DNA from: an uncultured Vampirovibrionales bacterium
GTDB lineage: Bacteria > Cyanobacteriota > Vampirovibrionia > Vampirovibrionales > Vampirovibrionaceae
Reading direction: 5' to 3'
DNA: 64,000 nt
NCBI GenBank assembly: GCA_964390635.1
Contig: CAYMIG010000005.1
Span: forward strand, 148,320 to 212,319
Shown here: positions 35,866 to 44,962 of the stretch, piece by piece
Layout: every line of letters starts with the position of its first letter
Position numbering within the stretch: the first letter of the stretch is position 1
The notes under the pieces: generated by a model
Database searches by the model: none
What the model saw: the letters and a program-made list of their open reading frames with translations, nothing else
What the model was told of the DNA's origin: nothing
Position numbers and translations under genes: made by a program

Positions 35866-38532
35866 ATGTTATCCAAAGCCTACGAACCCCAGGACGTGGA
35901 AGCCCGCATCTACGCATTCTGGGAAAACAACCATCTCTTCAAGCCGGAGGTGCACCCGGACGCCCCCCAAAAGTTCAGCCTGGTCATTCCGCCCCCCAAC
36001 GTGACCGGGGTACTGCACATGGGCCACGCTTTGGACAATACCATCCAGGATATCCTCATCCGCTGGCACCGGATGCGGGGACATAGAACCCTGTGGATGC
36101 CCGGTATGGACCATGCCGGCATTGCCACCCAGAACGTGGTGGAGCGCAACCTGCGGGCCGAAGGCAAGGGCAAGGACGATCTGGGTCGCGATGCCTTCGT
36201 GGACCTGGTGTGGGAATGGGCCAACGCCCGTAAGGTCGACATTGCCGGACAGTTCAAGCGGCTGGGCATTTCCCCGGACTGGGATCGCACCCGCTTTACC
36301 CTGGATGAAGGCTTGTCTCGGGCAGTGCGGCACGCCTTCGTACATCTTTACGACAAGGGATTGATTTACCAGGGCACCTACATTGTTAACTGGTGTCCCC
36401 GTTGTGTGTCGGCAATTTCCGATATCGAAACCGATTATGTGGACGAGGAAAGCTTCCTGTGGGAGATTGCCTACCCCCTCAGCGATGGCAGCGGCGCCTC
36501 CCTGGTGGTGGCCACCACCCGCCCGGAAACCATGTTTGGCGATGTGGCGGTGGCCGTCAACCCGGAAGACCCCCGCTACCAGAAGTTTATTGGTAAAACG
36601 GTGCGCCTGCCGCTGACCAGCCGGGACATCCCGGTGATTGCCGACCCATACGTGGACACGGCCTTTGGCACCGGGGCCCTCAAAATTACCCCGGCCCACG
36701 ACCCCAACGACTTCAAGATTGGCATGCAGCATGGGCTGGAGCCGGTGTGGGTCATCGATGAACGGGGCCGCATTACCCCGGATGACTTTATTCCCGCCGA
36801 AATTCGGGGTCTGGATCGCTTTGAAGCCCGGAACCACGCAGAAGCCATGCTGCAAGCACAAGGCTTCCTGCTGCGCAAGCTGGAGCACGGCCACCGGGTG
36901 GGCCATTGCCAGCGCTGCCAGACCACCATCGAACCCTTGCTTTCCAAGCAGTGGTTTGTAAAAACCGGCCCCCTGGCCGAAAAATGCTTGCAAGCCCTGG
37001 AGGCGGGAGAGATTCGCTTCATCCCGGAACGCTGGACCAAGGATTACACCCGCTGGCTGACCGATATCCAGGACTGGTGCATCTCTCGCCAGCTGTGGTG
37101 GGGGCACCAGATTCCGGCCTGGCACTGCCAGCAGTGCCATCAGGTCACCGTGGCGGTTGATACCCCCCATGCCTGCACGCATTGCGGATCGGCCAGCCTG
37201 GAGCAGGACGGTGACGTGCTGGATACCTGGTTTTCTTCCGGCTTGTGGCCTTTTTCCACCATGGGCTGGCCGGATACCGAGGCCCCCGACTACCGGCAGT
37301 TTTACCCCACCGACGTGCTGGTCACCGGATTCGACATCATTTTCTTCTGGGTGGCCCGCATGACCATGTTCGGCCACGAGCTGACCGGGCGTTCCCCCTT
37401 CCACACCGTCTACATCCACGGCCTCATCCGGGATGAGAAGGGCCAGAAGATGAGCAAGTCCAAGGGCAACGTGCTGGATCCGGTGGTGATGATTGATGAG
37501 GTCGGCTGCGACGGCTTCCGCTTTGGCCTGACCAGCCTGATCACATATGGCGGCCAGGATATCAAGCTGTCGAAGGACAAGATCGACCAGGGCCGCCTGT
37601 TTGCCAACAAGCTGTGGAATGCCTCGCGCTTCGTGCTGATGAACATCGACCCCGAAGGCGGGGAGCGGGTGGACGATCAGCCCGTCGACCGCACCGCCCT
37701 CTCCCTGATGGATGAGTGGATTCTCAGCCGCTACAACACCGCCGTGCAGGAGGCCAACCGCCTGCTGGGCGAGTATAAGTTCGGCGAGCTGGCCGATACG
37801 CTGTATGAGTTCGTGTGGAACGGCTTTTGTGACTGGTATGTGGAGTATGCCAAGAAGCAACTGAAAGAGCCCGAGCACCGGGCCAACACCCAGCGCATCC
37901 TACTGCACGTGCTGGACGGCATTTTGCGCTTGCTGCACCCCATTATGCCCTATGTCACCGAGGAAATTTACCAGAAGCTGCCCCACCGCCGGCACCCGTC
38001 CATCATGATTGCGCCCTTTCCGCAGGCGGACGGTTCCCTCATCGATGTGGGCATCAACCAGCGCATCGATTACCTGCTGGAGACCGTGCGGGCGGTGCGT
38101 AACATCCGCCAGCAATACAATGTGCCGCACACCCAGGCGGTGCGGGTCACCATCATCACCGCCGAGGCCGCCGAGCGCCAGGCCATCGAAACCGGGCGCC
38201 CCATCCTCGATCACTTCGTCAAAATCGGGGAGCTGGCCATACAAGACCAGGTGAACGGACGCACCGAGCAGGCCGCCATCAACGTGGTGGGCCACAGCCG
38301 GGTGGTGGTGCACCTGGAAGGGGTCATCGACTTGGAGCAGGAGCTGGATCGGGTGCGGAAAAAGATGCAGGCCCTGCTGAAAGAGCAGGAGCAGCTCTAC
38401 AAGATGATGTCCAACTTCGACTTCCTGGAGCGGGCCCCCGCCGACGTGGTGGAGAAAAACAAGGCCCGCCTGCAAGAGGTGAACAAGCAGGTGAAAGCCC
38501 TGGAAGACCAGTTGGAAGGCCTGGCCCGCTAG
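35866..38532 (+). CDS. valS: valyl-tRNA synthetase
   Basis: 888 aa; HIGH (PPNVTGVLHMGH) and KMSKS motifs, C-terminal coiled coil. Confidence 0.95.
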   Translation: MLSKAYEPQDVEARIYAFWENNHLFKPEVHPDAPQKFSLVIPPPNVTGVLHMGHALDNTIQDILIRWHRMRGHRTLWMPGMDHAGIATQNVVERNLRAEGKGKDDLGRDAFVDLVWEWANARKVDIAGQFKRLGISPDWDRTRFTLDEGLSRAVRHAFVHLYDKGLIYQGTYIVNWCPRCVSAISDIETDYVDEESFLWEIAYPLSDGSGASLVVATTRPETMFGDVAVAVNPEDPRYQKFIGKTVRLPLTSRDIPVIADPYVDTAFGTGALKITPAHDPNDFKIGMQHGLEPVWVIDERGRITPDDFIPAEIRGLDRFEARNHAEAMLQAQGFLLRKLEHGHRVGHCQRCQTTIEPLLSKQWFVKTGPLAEKCLQALEAGEIRFIPERWTKDYTRWLTDIQDWCISRQLWWGHQIPAWHCQQCHQVTVAVDTPHACTHCGSASLEQDGDVLDTWFSSGLWPFSTMGWPDTEAPDYRQFYPTDVLVTGFDIIFFWVARMTMFGHELTGRSPFHTVYIHGLIRDEKGQKMSKSKGNVLDPVVMIDEVGCDGFRFGLTSLITYGGQDIKLSKDKIDQGRLFANKLWNASRFVLMNIDPEGGERVDDQPVDRTALSLMDEWILSRYNTAVQEANRLLGEYKFGELADTLYEFVWNGFCDWYVEYAKKQLKEPEHRANTQRILLHVLDGILRLLHPIMPYVTEEIYQKLPHRRHPSIMIAPFPQADGSLIDVGINQRIDYLLETVRAVRNIRQQYNVPHTQAVRVTIITAEAAERQAIETGRPILDHFVKIGELAIQDQVNGRTEQAAINVVGHSRVVVHLEGVIDLEQELDRVRKKMQALLKEQEQLYKMMSNFDFLERAPADVVEKNKARLQEVNKQVKALEDQLEGLAR

Positions 38533-38535
38533 GGC

Positions 38536-39723
38536 TTAGGTTGCCAGCCCCCCGGGTTTTTCGATGGGCAGCACCACCTGGAACCGGCTGCCCTGGTTGG
38601 GGGTGCTTTCCACGGTGATGGTGCCCCCGTGCTTGTCCACAATCTGCTTGGAAAGGTAAAGCCCCAGCCCGGTGCCGCTGACCATCACCTCGGGGGGCTT
38701 GTTTTCGTCAAACAGGAAGTTCAGCACCTGCGGCTTGATGCCCACCCCGTCATCCTGCACGGTAATGGCCACCTGATCCTCCCACCAGTCGGTGGTGACC
38801 GCAATGCGGCCATTCTCCGGGGTATGGGTCAGGGCGTTCTGGATGAGGTTGTTGATGACGCGGTGGATTTCCAGGGGATCCACCCACACCGGGGGCAGCA
38901 GTTCGTCCAGTTCCAGGTCGATGCGCACGTTCTTGCTTTGGGCGGTGTACATAATCAGGTTGGCCACTTCGGCCCGGATCAGCTCGTTCAGGTTGATTTC
39001 CTCGCGGCGCAGGGCCACCCGCCCGGACTGGTACAGGTAGGACTTCAGCATGTTCTCAATCAGGCTGGCCATGTAGCGGTTGGACTCCACCATGGCATCC
39101 AGCACCTCGGCCTGCTCGGGGGTGGGGTTGCCAAAGTAGCCCTTCTTCAGCAACTCCAGCACCTGGAATTCCGCCGCCACCGGGGTCTTCAAATCGTGCA
39201 CCAGGCCCATAATCTCATCCCGGCTGGTGTTGGGTCGCTGGGCGGGGTCGGGCTCGTTCCCGCCTCCCGGGGCAGCGGCGTGCTGGGTTTTTTCCTTCAC
39301 GAACTTGTCGGTGGTCTGGTTCAGCCGGTTGTTCAGCCCCTTGAAGAGAATCTTTTGCAGGGGGGACATGAACTGCAAATCCGGTTTGATGGTTTCCTCA
39401 AACAAAATGTCCACGGTCACCTCGTTCATGGCGATGACGCTGGCGTTGCGCGTGGCATCCTTGCTGAGCAGGTACATTTCCCCGAACACTTCACCCGGGC
39501 CCAGTTCCTGGATGGGCACCAGCGTGCCGGGGCCTTCTTTGCGGCACACCAGCACCTTGCCGGAGCGAACCACGTAGCTCCGATCACCGCGGGTGCCCTG
39601 CTCAATAATCAGATCGCCCTTGCCGTAATGCTTGATCGGCATGCCTGCTCTTTCCGATTGCTTGCGAAAATCCCTGAAGCGGTGACCACTAGAAAAAGCG
39701 CTATCGAAATCATCTATCGGCAC
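38536..39723 (-). CDS. cyclic-nucleotide-binding domain histidine kinase
   Basis: N-terminal cNMP-binding fold (…GEVFGEMYLL…), H-box (GLVHDLKTPVAA), HATPase_c (…DDGVGI…GTGLGLYLSKQIV…); alternative start ATG at 39642. Confidence 0.75.
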   Translation of the reverse strand: MPIDDFDSAFSSGHRFRDFRKQSERAGMPIKHYGKGDLIIEQGTRGDRSYVVRSGKVLVCRKEGPGTLVPIQELGPGEVFGEMYLLSKDATRNASVIAMNEVTVDILFEETIKPDLQFMSPLQKILFKGLNNRLNQTTDKFVKEKTQHAAAPGGGNEPDPAQRPNTSRDEIMGLVHDLKTPVAAEFQVLELLKKGYFGNPTPEQAEVLDAMVESNRYMASLIENMLKSYLYQSGRVALRREEINLNELIRAEVANLIMYTAQSKNVRIDLELDELLPPVWVDPLEIHRVINNLIQNALTHTPENGRIAVTTDWWEDQVAITVQDDGVGIKPQVLNFLFDENKPPEVMVSGTGLGLYLSKQIVDKHGGTITVESTPNQGSRFQVVLPIEKPGGLAT

Positions 39724-39790
39724 TGGGCCGTAAAACTAAAGCCAGCGGCAACATAACTTAAAACTCCCCCATGCCCGCTGGGGCCCCTGA

Positions 39791-39823
39791 AACGGCAAAA
39801 GGCCCGCCTGGGAAAGGCGGGCC
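39791..39823 (-). terminator. intrinsic terminator downstream of small minus-strand ORF
   Basis: ggcccgcc-tgggaaa-ggcgggcc hairpin; T-run on minus strand. Confidence 0.5.
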
Positions 39824-39844
39824 TTGGCAAGAATGTGGAATGTC

Positions 39845-40078
39845 CTACAGGTTAAAGAACTTGATGAGGTCAAAGCCGCGAATGGCAGGTTTTTTCGGTT
39901 TGGGGGAACTGGCCGTGCGGGTGGTCAGCACCACCTGGTCGCCGTCGCCCTTTTTCCCTGGCCGGTTTTCGGGACGGCTGAAGTATTCCTGGCAACGCAG
40001 ATCGGCCAATCGGGAAATGCGCTGGGTGGGGGTTTCGCCGAATTTGGGGTGATGGGCAGCGCCGAATTGTACGTTCAT
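39845..40078 (-). CDS. small basic hypothetical protein (77 aa), divergent from feoA
   Basis: AAGGA Shine-Dalgarno 9 nt upstream of ATG at 40078; followed by hairpin terminator. Confidence 0.4.
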   Translation of the reverse strand: MNVQFGAAHHPKFGETPTQRISRLADLRCQEYFSRPENRPGKKGDGDQVVLTTRTASSPKPKKPAIRGFDLIKFFNL

Positions 40079-40276
40079 GCAGACGTATCCTTCTCTCTGG
40101 TTGGGTTGTTACAGGGTTTGAGGTGATGAGGGAATTAACAACACCCAATATAAAAGCGTCTTATGAAATTTTTGTGATACCTGGCCGGGCTTTTGTTGCA
40201 GGTTTGCAATCTTTTACAATTGTCGGAGGGTTTCGCGCCCCCGAAAAAGCAATCATTGTGTTCTTCCCGTTTTTTT

Positions 40277-40295
40277 GACAATAATTCTCAATAAC
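40277..40295. promoter_or_regulatory. candidate Fur-box-like AT-rich operator upstream of feoA
   Basis: GACAATAATTCTCAATAAC, about 13/19 match to GATAATGATAATCATTATC, 32 bp upstream of feoA start. Confidence 0.3.
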
Positions 40296-40326
40296 CGTCC
40301 CGAAATTGGAAGCGGCGTTGCAGCGG

Positions 40327-40560
40327 ATGAGTACCCTCCTCACTCTCGATCAAGCCCAGGTTGGCGACCGCCTGCGGGTGGCGCATATCCACGACCCGGA
40401 AACCGCCACCATGGCTATGCGGCTGGGAATTTCCAGCGGCGAGGTGCTGGAGCTGGCCTCCAAGGTGCCTGGTGGCCCCCTGGTGGTGCGTCGCGGCAAA
40501 ATTGAGATTGCCCTGGGCCGGGCGTTGTGCCAGGCTATCGAGGTGGAAAAGCAGGCATGA
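40327..40560 (+). CDS. feoA: ferrous iron transport protein FeoA
   Basis: 77 aa SH3-like FeoA (…LDQAQVGDRLRVAHI…LGISSGEVLEL…GGPLVV…IALGR…); ATGA overlap with feoB. Confidence 0.8.
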   Translation: MSTLLTLDQAQVGDRLRVAHIHDPETATMAMRLGISSGEVLELASKVPGGPLVVRRGKIEIALGRALCQAIEVEKQA

Positions 40561-42416
40561 GCATTCAAGTACCCCTGGATCCCGAAACCGTTCCCCCGGC
40601 CCCCCGGCCCGTGGCCGCCAGCCTCCAGCGCAAAGTGGTGCTGGCCGGCAATCCCAACGTGGGCAAGTCGCTGTTTTTCAATGCCTATACCGGCATGTAC
40701 GTGAACGTGTCCAACTTTCCGGGCACCACCATCGATGTGCCCAAGGGCAACCTGGATGAACGCACCCTGCTGATGGATACTCCCGGCGTGTACGGCCTGT
40801 CCGCCATGAGCGAGGAGGAAGTGGTGGCCGAGCAGGCCATCCTGGGTGCCGACGCGGTGATTAACGTCATCAGCGCCCTCAGCCTGGAGCGGGATCTGTT
40901 CCTCACCCAGCAGCTCATCGATTATGGCAAGCCCCTGGTGGTGGCGGTGAACCAGATGGACGAGGCTCAGGCCCGGCACCTGGAAATCGATTTGAATTCG
41001 CTTGAAAAACTGCTGGGCGTGCCGGTTTATCCTACCGTGGCGGTGGAAAACCGGGGCCTGTCCGAGGTGAAAAACGCCATTGCCAAGGCTCGCCAGGGAA
41101 ATGCCACCCACGATTGCCCCGGGCCCGAGGAGCTCAAGCTTCTGGAAGCCGATCTGGGCAAGCGCATGCAGATTTACGGCCTGCGCCGGGCGCATGTCAA
41201 CGCCATTGCCCGCCAGGTGGTCACCGATTGCACGCAGCCCGGCACCGTGCGGGAGTTGCTGTCGCAAAAAATCGGCCAGGCCCTGCTGAACCCGGTGGTG
41301 GCCTTTATCAGCATGCTGGCCATCCTGGCCGCCCTGTACCAGGTGATTGGCATCTGGGTGGCCGGCGATCTGGTCGACTTCACCGAGGGCAAAATCATGC
41401 TGGGGCAAGACAGCGGCACCTGGCCGGGCATTGTACCGGTCATGCAGGGCGTCATCCGGCAGGTGTTTGCCGAGGGCGGCTTTATGTACACCGTGCTGGG
41501 CGGGGAGTTCGGGGTGTTGACCATGAGCGTGCAGTACATCTTCGGGGTGCTGTTTCCCCTGGTGCTGGGATTTTACGTCTATATCTCCATCCTGGAGGAC
41601 TGTGGGTATCTGCCGCGCATTGCGGTCATTTCCGATGGCCTGCTCAACCGCATCGGCCTGAACGGGCGGGCGGTCATCCCGCTCATCCTGGGCCTGGGCT
41701 GCGTGACCATGGCCACGGTATCCACCCGGGTGCTGACCTCCAACCGGGAACGCACCATCGCCTCCACCATTTTGGCCATTACCATTCCCTGCTCCGCCCA
41801 GCTGGGGGTGCTTATCGCGCTGATGGCCAAGGCGGGCGGCCTGAGAGCCTGGGCCGTATACTGCGCTGCCCTGTTTGCCATTCTGATTGTCCTGGGAACC
41901 GCGCTCAACAAGCTGTTGCCGGGGCGCTCCACCAGCCTGATCCTCGATCTGCCCCCCATGCGCATGCCCAGCCTCAAGAACATCGCCCGCAAAACCTGGG
42001 TGCGCACCGTGGTTTTCCTCAAAGAAGCCGCCCCCCTGTTTATGCTGGGCTCCCTGCTGGTGGCGGTGCTGCAGGCCACCGGCTTGCTGGTGGCCATTCA
42101 AACCGCGCTGGGGCCGGCCATCAAGGCGGTGCTGCACCTGCCCGCCGAAACGGCCCAGGTCTTCATTATGGGCCTGGTGCGGCGCGATTTCGGGGCGGCG
42201 GGCCTGTACTTCATGACCGATCGCATCACCCCCGAGCAGCTGTTGACCTGCCTGATGGTGATTACCCTGTTTGTGCCCTGCTTTGCCTCCGCCATGGTCA
42301 TCTGGAAAGAGCGGGGGGTAAAAGAGGGCGTGGCCGTGCTGCTGGGTTCCTGGGGGCTGGCCTTCGGGGTGGGGGCGCTGCTGGCCCGCCTGCTGGAAGC
42401 GGTTCCCCTGCTTTAG
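40557..42416 (+). CDS. feoB: ferrous iron transporter FeoB
   Basis: 619 aa; N-terminal G-domain (GNPNVGKSLFFN, DTPG, NQMD) and polytopic membrane domain. Confidence 0.9.
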   Translation: MSIQVPLDPETVPPAPRPVAASLQRKVVLAGNPNVGKSLFFNAYTGMYVNVSNFPGTTIDVPKGNLDERTLLMDTPGVYGLSAMSEEEVVAEQAILGADAVINVISALSLERDLFLTQQLIDYGKPLVVAVNQMDEAQARHLEIDLNSLEKLLGVPVYPTVAVENRGLSEVKNAIAKARQGNATHDCPGPEELKLLEADLGKRMQIYGLRRAHVNAIARQVVTDCTQPGTVRELLSQKIGQALLNPVVAFISMLAILAALYQVIGIWVAGDLVDFTEGKIMLGQDSGTWPGIVPVMQGVIRQVFAEGGFMYTVLGGEFGVLTMSVQYIFGVLFPLVLGFYVYISILEDCGYLPRIAVISDGLLNRIGLNGRAVIPLILGLGCVTMATVSTRVLTSNRERTIASTILAITIPCSAQLGVLIALMAKAGGLRAWAVYCAALFAILIVLGTALNKLLPGRSTSLILDLPPMRMPSLKNIARKTWVRTVVFLKEAAPLFMLGSLLVAVLQATGLLVAIQTALGPAIKAVLHLPAETAQVFIMGLVRRDFGAAGLYFMTDRITPEQLLTCLMVITLFVPCFASAMVIWKERGVKEGVAVLLGSWGLAFGVGALLARLLEAVPLL

Positions 42417-42502
42417 GGTAAAACCCCCCAGCCGGATGAGGCGGCCCGCCCGGTCAGGCCCTACTCTGAAAGTAGCCAGTTTACGAGAGAGAAGGGGTCT
42501 GC

Positions 42503-42985
42503 ATGAATTTTGATACCGCGGCCAAGATTGGGCTGGGTTTGCTGAAGCACCACGACGAAATCGGCAAGTTGCTGGGTGGCGCCGGTAAGCTGCTGGGCGG
42601 GGAGGGGGCCGGCAAGCTGGCCGACCGCTTTGCCGGGGCCCTGGCCAAAAAGCTGGACAAGCTGGAAGCCGATCCGCCGCCGGGGGGCGTGAATACCTTG
42701 CAGGCCCTGCGCAATTTCGCCTACTTCGATGCCGACCGCAACGGGCGGCTCACGCGGGATGAACTCACCGCCGGCCTGCAAAAGCTGGAGTCGGCTGGGC
42801 TTGCTTCCCCGCAAAACCAGCAGTTGCATTCCCTGGGCAGCCAGTTGCTGGCCAAATACGACCAGGCCGCCGCGCTGGACGGCGACAACCAGACGGTCAG
42901 CTACCTCGATCTGGGTACCCTGGCCGCCAAGGACGGGCGGGCCATGTTCCTGTCCGATGCCGACTGGGGTAAGCTCTCCGGCTAG
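42503..42985 (+). CDS. small EF-hand calcium-binding protein
   Basis: 160 aa; canonical 12-residue EF loop DADRNGRLTRDE; GKLLGG repeats at N-terminus. Confidence 0.65.
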   Translation: MNFDTAAKIGLGLLKHHDEIGKLLGGAGKLLGGEGAGKLADRFAGALAKKLDKLEADPPPGGVNTLQALRNFAYFDADRNGRLTRDELTAGLQKLESAGLASPQNQQLHSLGSQLLAKYDQAAALDGDNQTVSYLDLGTLAAKDGRAMFLSDADWGKLSG

Positions 42986-42991
42986 TGCCGG

Positions 42992-43753
42992 TTAGTCGGC
43001 CAGCACCTTGGCCACGGCCAGGGTAATCAGCTCTGGTGCGCCGGGCAAGTTGGCCTTGGCCATGGCACGGGCGGCTTCCGCCAGGGTGGCCCCGGTGGTG
43101 GTCAGATCGTCCAGGATAATCACGCGTTGCCAGTGCCTCCAGGCATTTTCTGGCACGGCCATGCCATGGGCCACATTGCGGTAGCGGGCTCGGCGGCCTT
43201 CCAGGCTGTGCTGGGGTGCGGTTTCCCGCACCCAGGCGAGGCTTTGCGGGGCGTATTCGTAGCCAAAATGCCGGGCAAAGCGCCGGGCAACAGGGGCCAG
43301 GTGTGGGGTCTTGCCCGCGTGCGGGGGCACCGGTACCACGGCGGTATTTTCAGGGTGCAGCCCGCCCAAGGGGACTTGCTTCCAGTAGTCGATGAGGATG
43401 TCGGCCAGCAGGGGCACGTCCTGGTGGCGCTCGTAGAACTTGTAGCCATAGATCAGCCGCTTCAGGGGCGGGGTGAAGTGGCTGGCCGCAAAGCCGGCAT
43501 AATCGGGCAGCGCGATCAGGGGTTCGGGCGGGCGCAGGCCCAGCTGTCCTGCGCAGGGCGGGCAAAACAGGCGTTCTCCGCCGTGGGGGAGGGCTTGGGC
43601 ACATTGGGCGCAGGCGGGGCTTTTGAGGGCGCCCTGCAATTTTTCCAGCAAACTGGCCAGCATGGTAATACCGCCTTGCGAAACTTGCCCCATGATAAAA
43701 GGCCCGCCCGGCCCGCGCGAGGGGATGTGAAAAAAGGTCAACTGCATTTTCAA
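42992..43753 (-). CDS. comF: ComF-family phosphoribosyltransferase-domain protein
   Basis: N-terminal Cys4 zinc finger (CAQCAQ…CPPCAG), C-terminal PRTase motif VIILDDLTTTGATL. Confidence 0.7.
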   Translation of the reverse strand: MKMQLTFFHIPSRGPGGPFIMGQVSQGGITMLASLLEKLQGALKSPACAQCAQALPHGGERLFCPPCAGQLGLRPPEPLIALPDYAGFAASHFTPPLKRLIYGYKFYERHQDVPLLADILIDYWKQVPLGGLHPENTAVVPVPPHAGKTPHLAPVARRFARHFGYEYAPQSLAWVRETAPQHSLEGRRARYRNVAHGMAVPENAWRHWQRVIILDDLTTTGATLAEAARAMAKANLPGAPELITLAVAKVLAD

Positions 43754-43790
43754 AAAAGCTCAGTAACATACCAATATCAGTGCAGCCGCA

Positions 43791-44288
43791 ATGCCGGGAG
43801 AGCCGCCAGTGGAAAGCTTCTTGCAATGGGTCGAATGGATGGATCGCTTTCTGCGGGTGGGCCTGTTTTGTAACCACAGCCGCACGCCGGCCTCCGAGGG
43901 CAAGTGCCACTGCCCCGACTGCGGGCGGGGGGTGGTGATGCAATGGGTGGTACTGCGGTGTGTCGGCTGCAACGTGCGCCGGGACAGCCGTTATATGCTG
44001 CGGCGCCTGGTTCCCGCCGATCGGTGCTGTACCCACTGCGGAGAGTCCGGTTACCGACTGGATTACCTTGATTCTCCCGCGTTCTACCAGCTGCAAAAGG
44101 CCAGCCTGCTGGTGCAGGAGGAAAGCGAATTCCTGCGCCGGCGTTTTGACTGGGTTGGGGCCACCGTCAGCCCCGCCGCCCCACCCCTGGCCGAAAAGCT
44201 TTTGCAATCGTTCAGCGATACCCTCTCCCGCGCCCGCCCCTGGTGGCCGGAGCCTGTGTGCCTGCCGGTACCGGTGCGCGGCCTGTAA
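43791..44288 (+). CDS. Cys-rich zinc-ribbon hypothetical protein
   Basis: 165 aa; CxxC-type pairs (CHCPDCG, CVGCN, CCTHCG). Confidence 0.5.
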   Translation: MPGEPPVESFLQWVEWMDRFLRVGLFCNHSRTPASEGKCHCPDCGRGVVMQWVVLRCVGCNVRRDSRYMLRRLVPADRCCTHCGESGYRLDYLDSPAFYQLQKASLLVQEESEFLRRRFDWVGATVSPAAPPLAEKLLQSFSDTLSRARPWWPEPVCLPVPVRGL

Positions 44289-44402
44289 GGCCAGCCCTGA
44301 AACCGACGACGACGACTTCCTCCCTCCTACCGATTTTCCGCTGCCGCGCCCGTCTCTGGCGCGGCCTTTCTGTTTTGCACCCCTGTGAAGCCGATTCCGG
44401 CG

Positions 44403-44732
44403 CTAGCCGAACGTTTTGAACGACAGGTCGATGTTTTTGTCGATGACCTTTTGCACAGCCTCGATTTCGGTCTGCACCGCCTGCTGCTGGCTGTCCACCC
44501 GGCGCAGCTGCAATTCCAGCGATTTGTCCAGGCTTTGCAGGCCGTTGATGCGCAGCTGAATCTGCACCGCGGTGGGCGAGTCGGGTTCCAGCGTGCTCAG
44601 GATGGTAAAGAGCTGGTTGGTGACGTTGGCCAGCTGCATGCGCGATTGGTTGATCTGTTGCCCGGTCAGCTCCAGATCGCTCTTTCTCGCGGTTAAGGTC
44701 AGAAACCTTGCCTGACTGGCTGCAAGTCCCAC
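44403..44732 (-). CDS. hypothetical coiled-coil protein
   Basis: 109 aa, heptad-like Leu/Gln pattern, no recognisable family. Confidence 0.45.
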   Translation of the reverse strand: MGLAASQARFLTLTARKSDLELTGQQINQSRMQLANVTNQLFTILSTLEPDSPTAVQIQLRINGLQSLDKSLELQLRRVDSQQQAVQTEIEAVQKVIDKNIDLSFKTFG

Positions 44733-44962
44733 GGGTGCGTGCCTCTCGTTTGGTTACGCGTAAGGATACCGAGCGGTGTATCGGAAAAAACAAAGCTGAA
44801 CTTTAGCTTTGTAACGGATTATGACGGCCCCGGGGCCCGGCTGGGAGAGGGCGATCCGAGGGGGTGGGACGATGCGTCCGGGTTGGACGCCATGCCGGGT
44901 GGCGGGCGGGCCGGATCCGCCCGCCGGGGACTGTGGCGCTTATGCTATGATGACTGCTTGTC

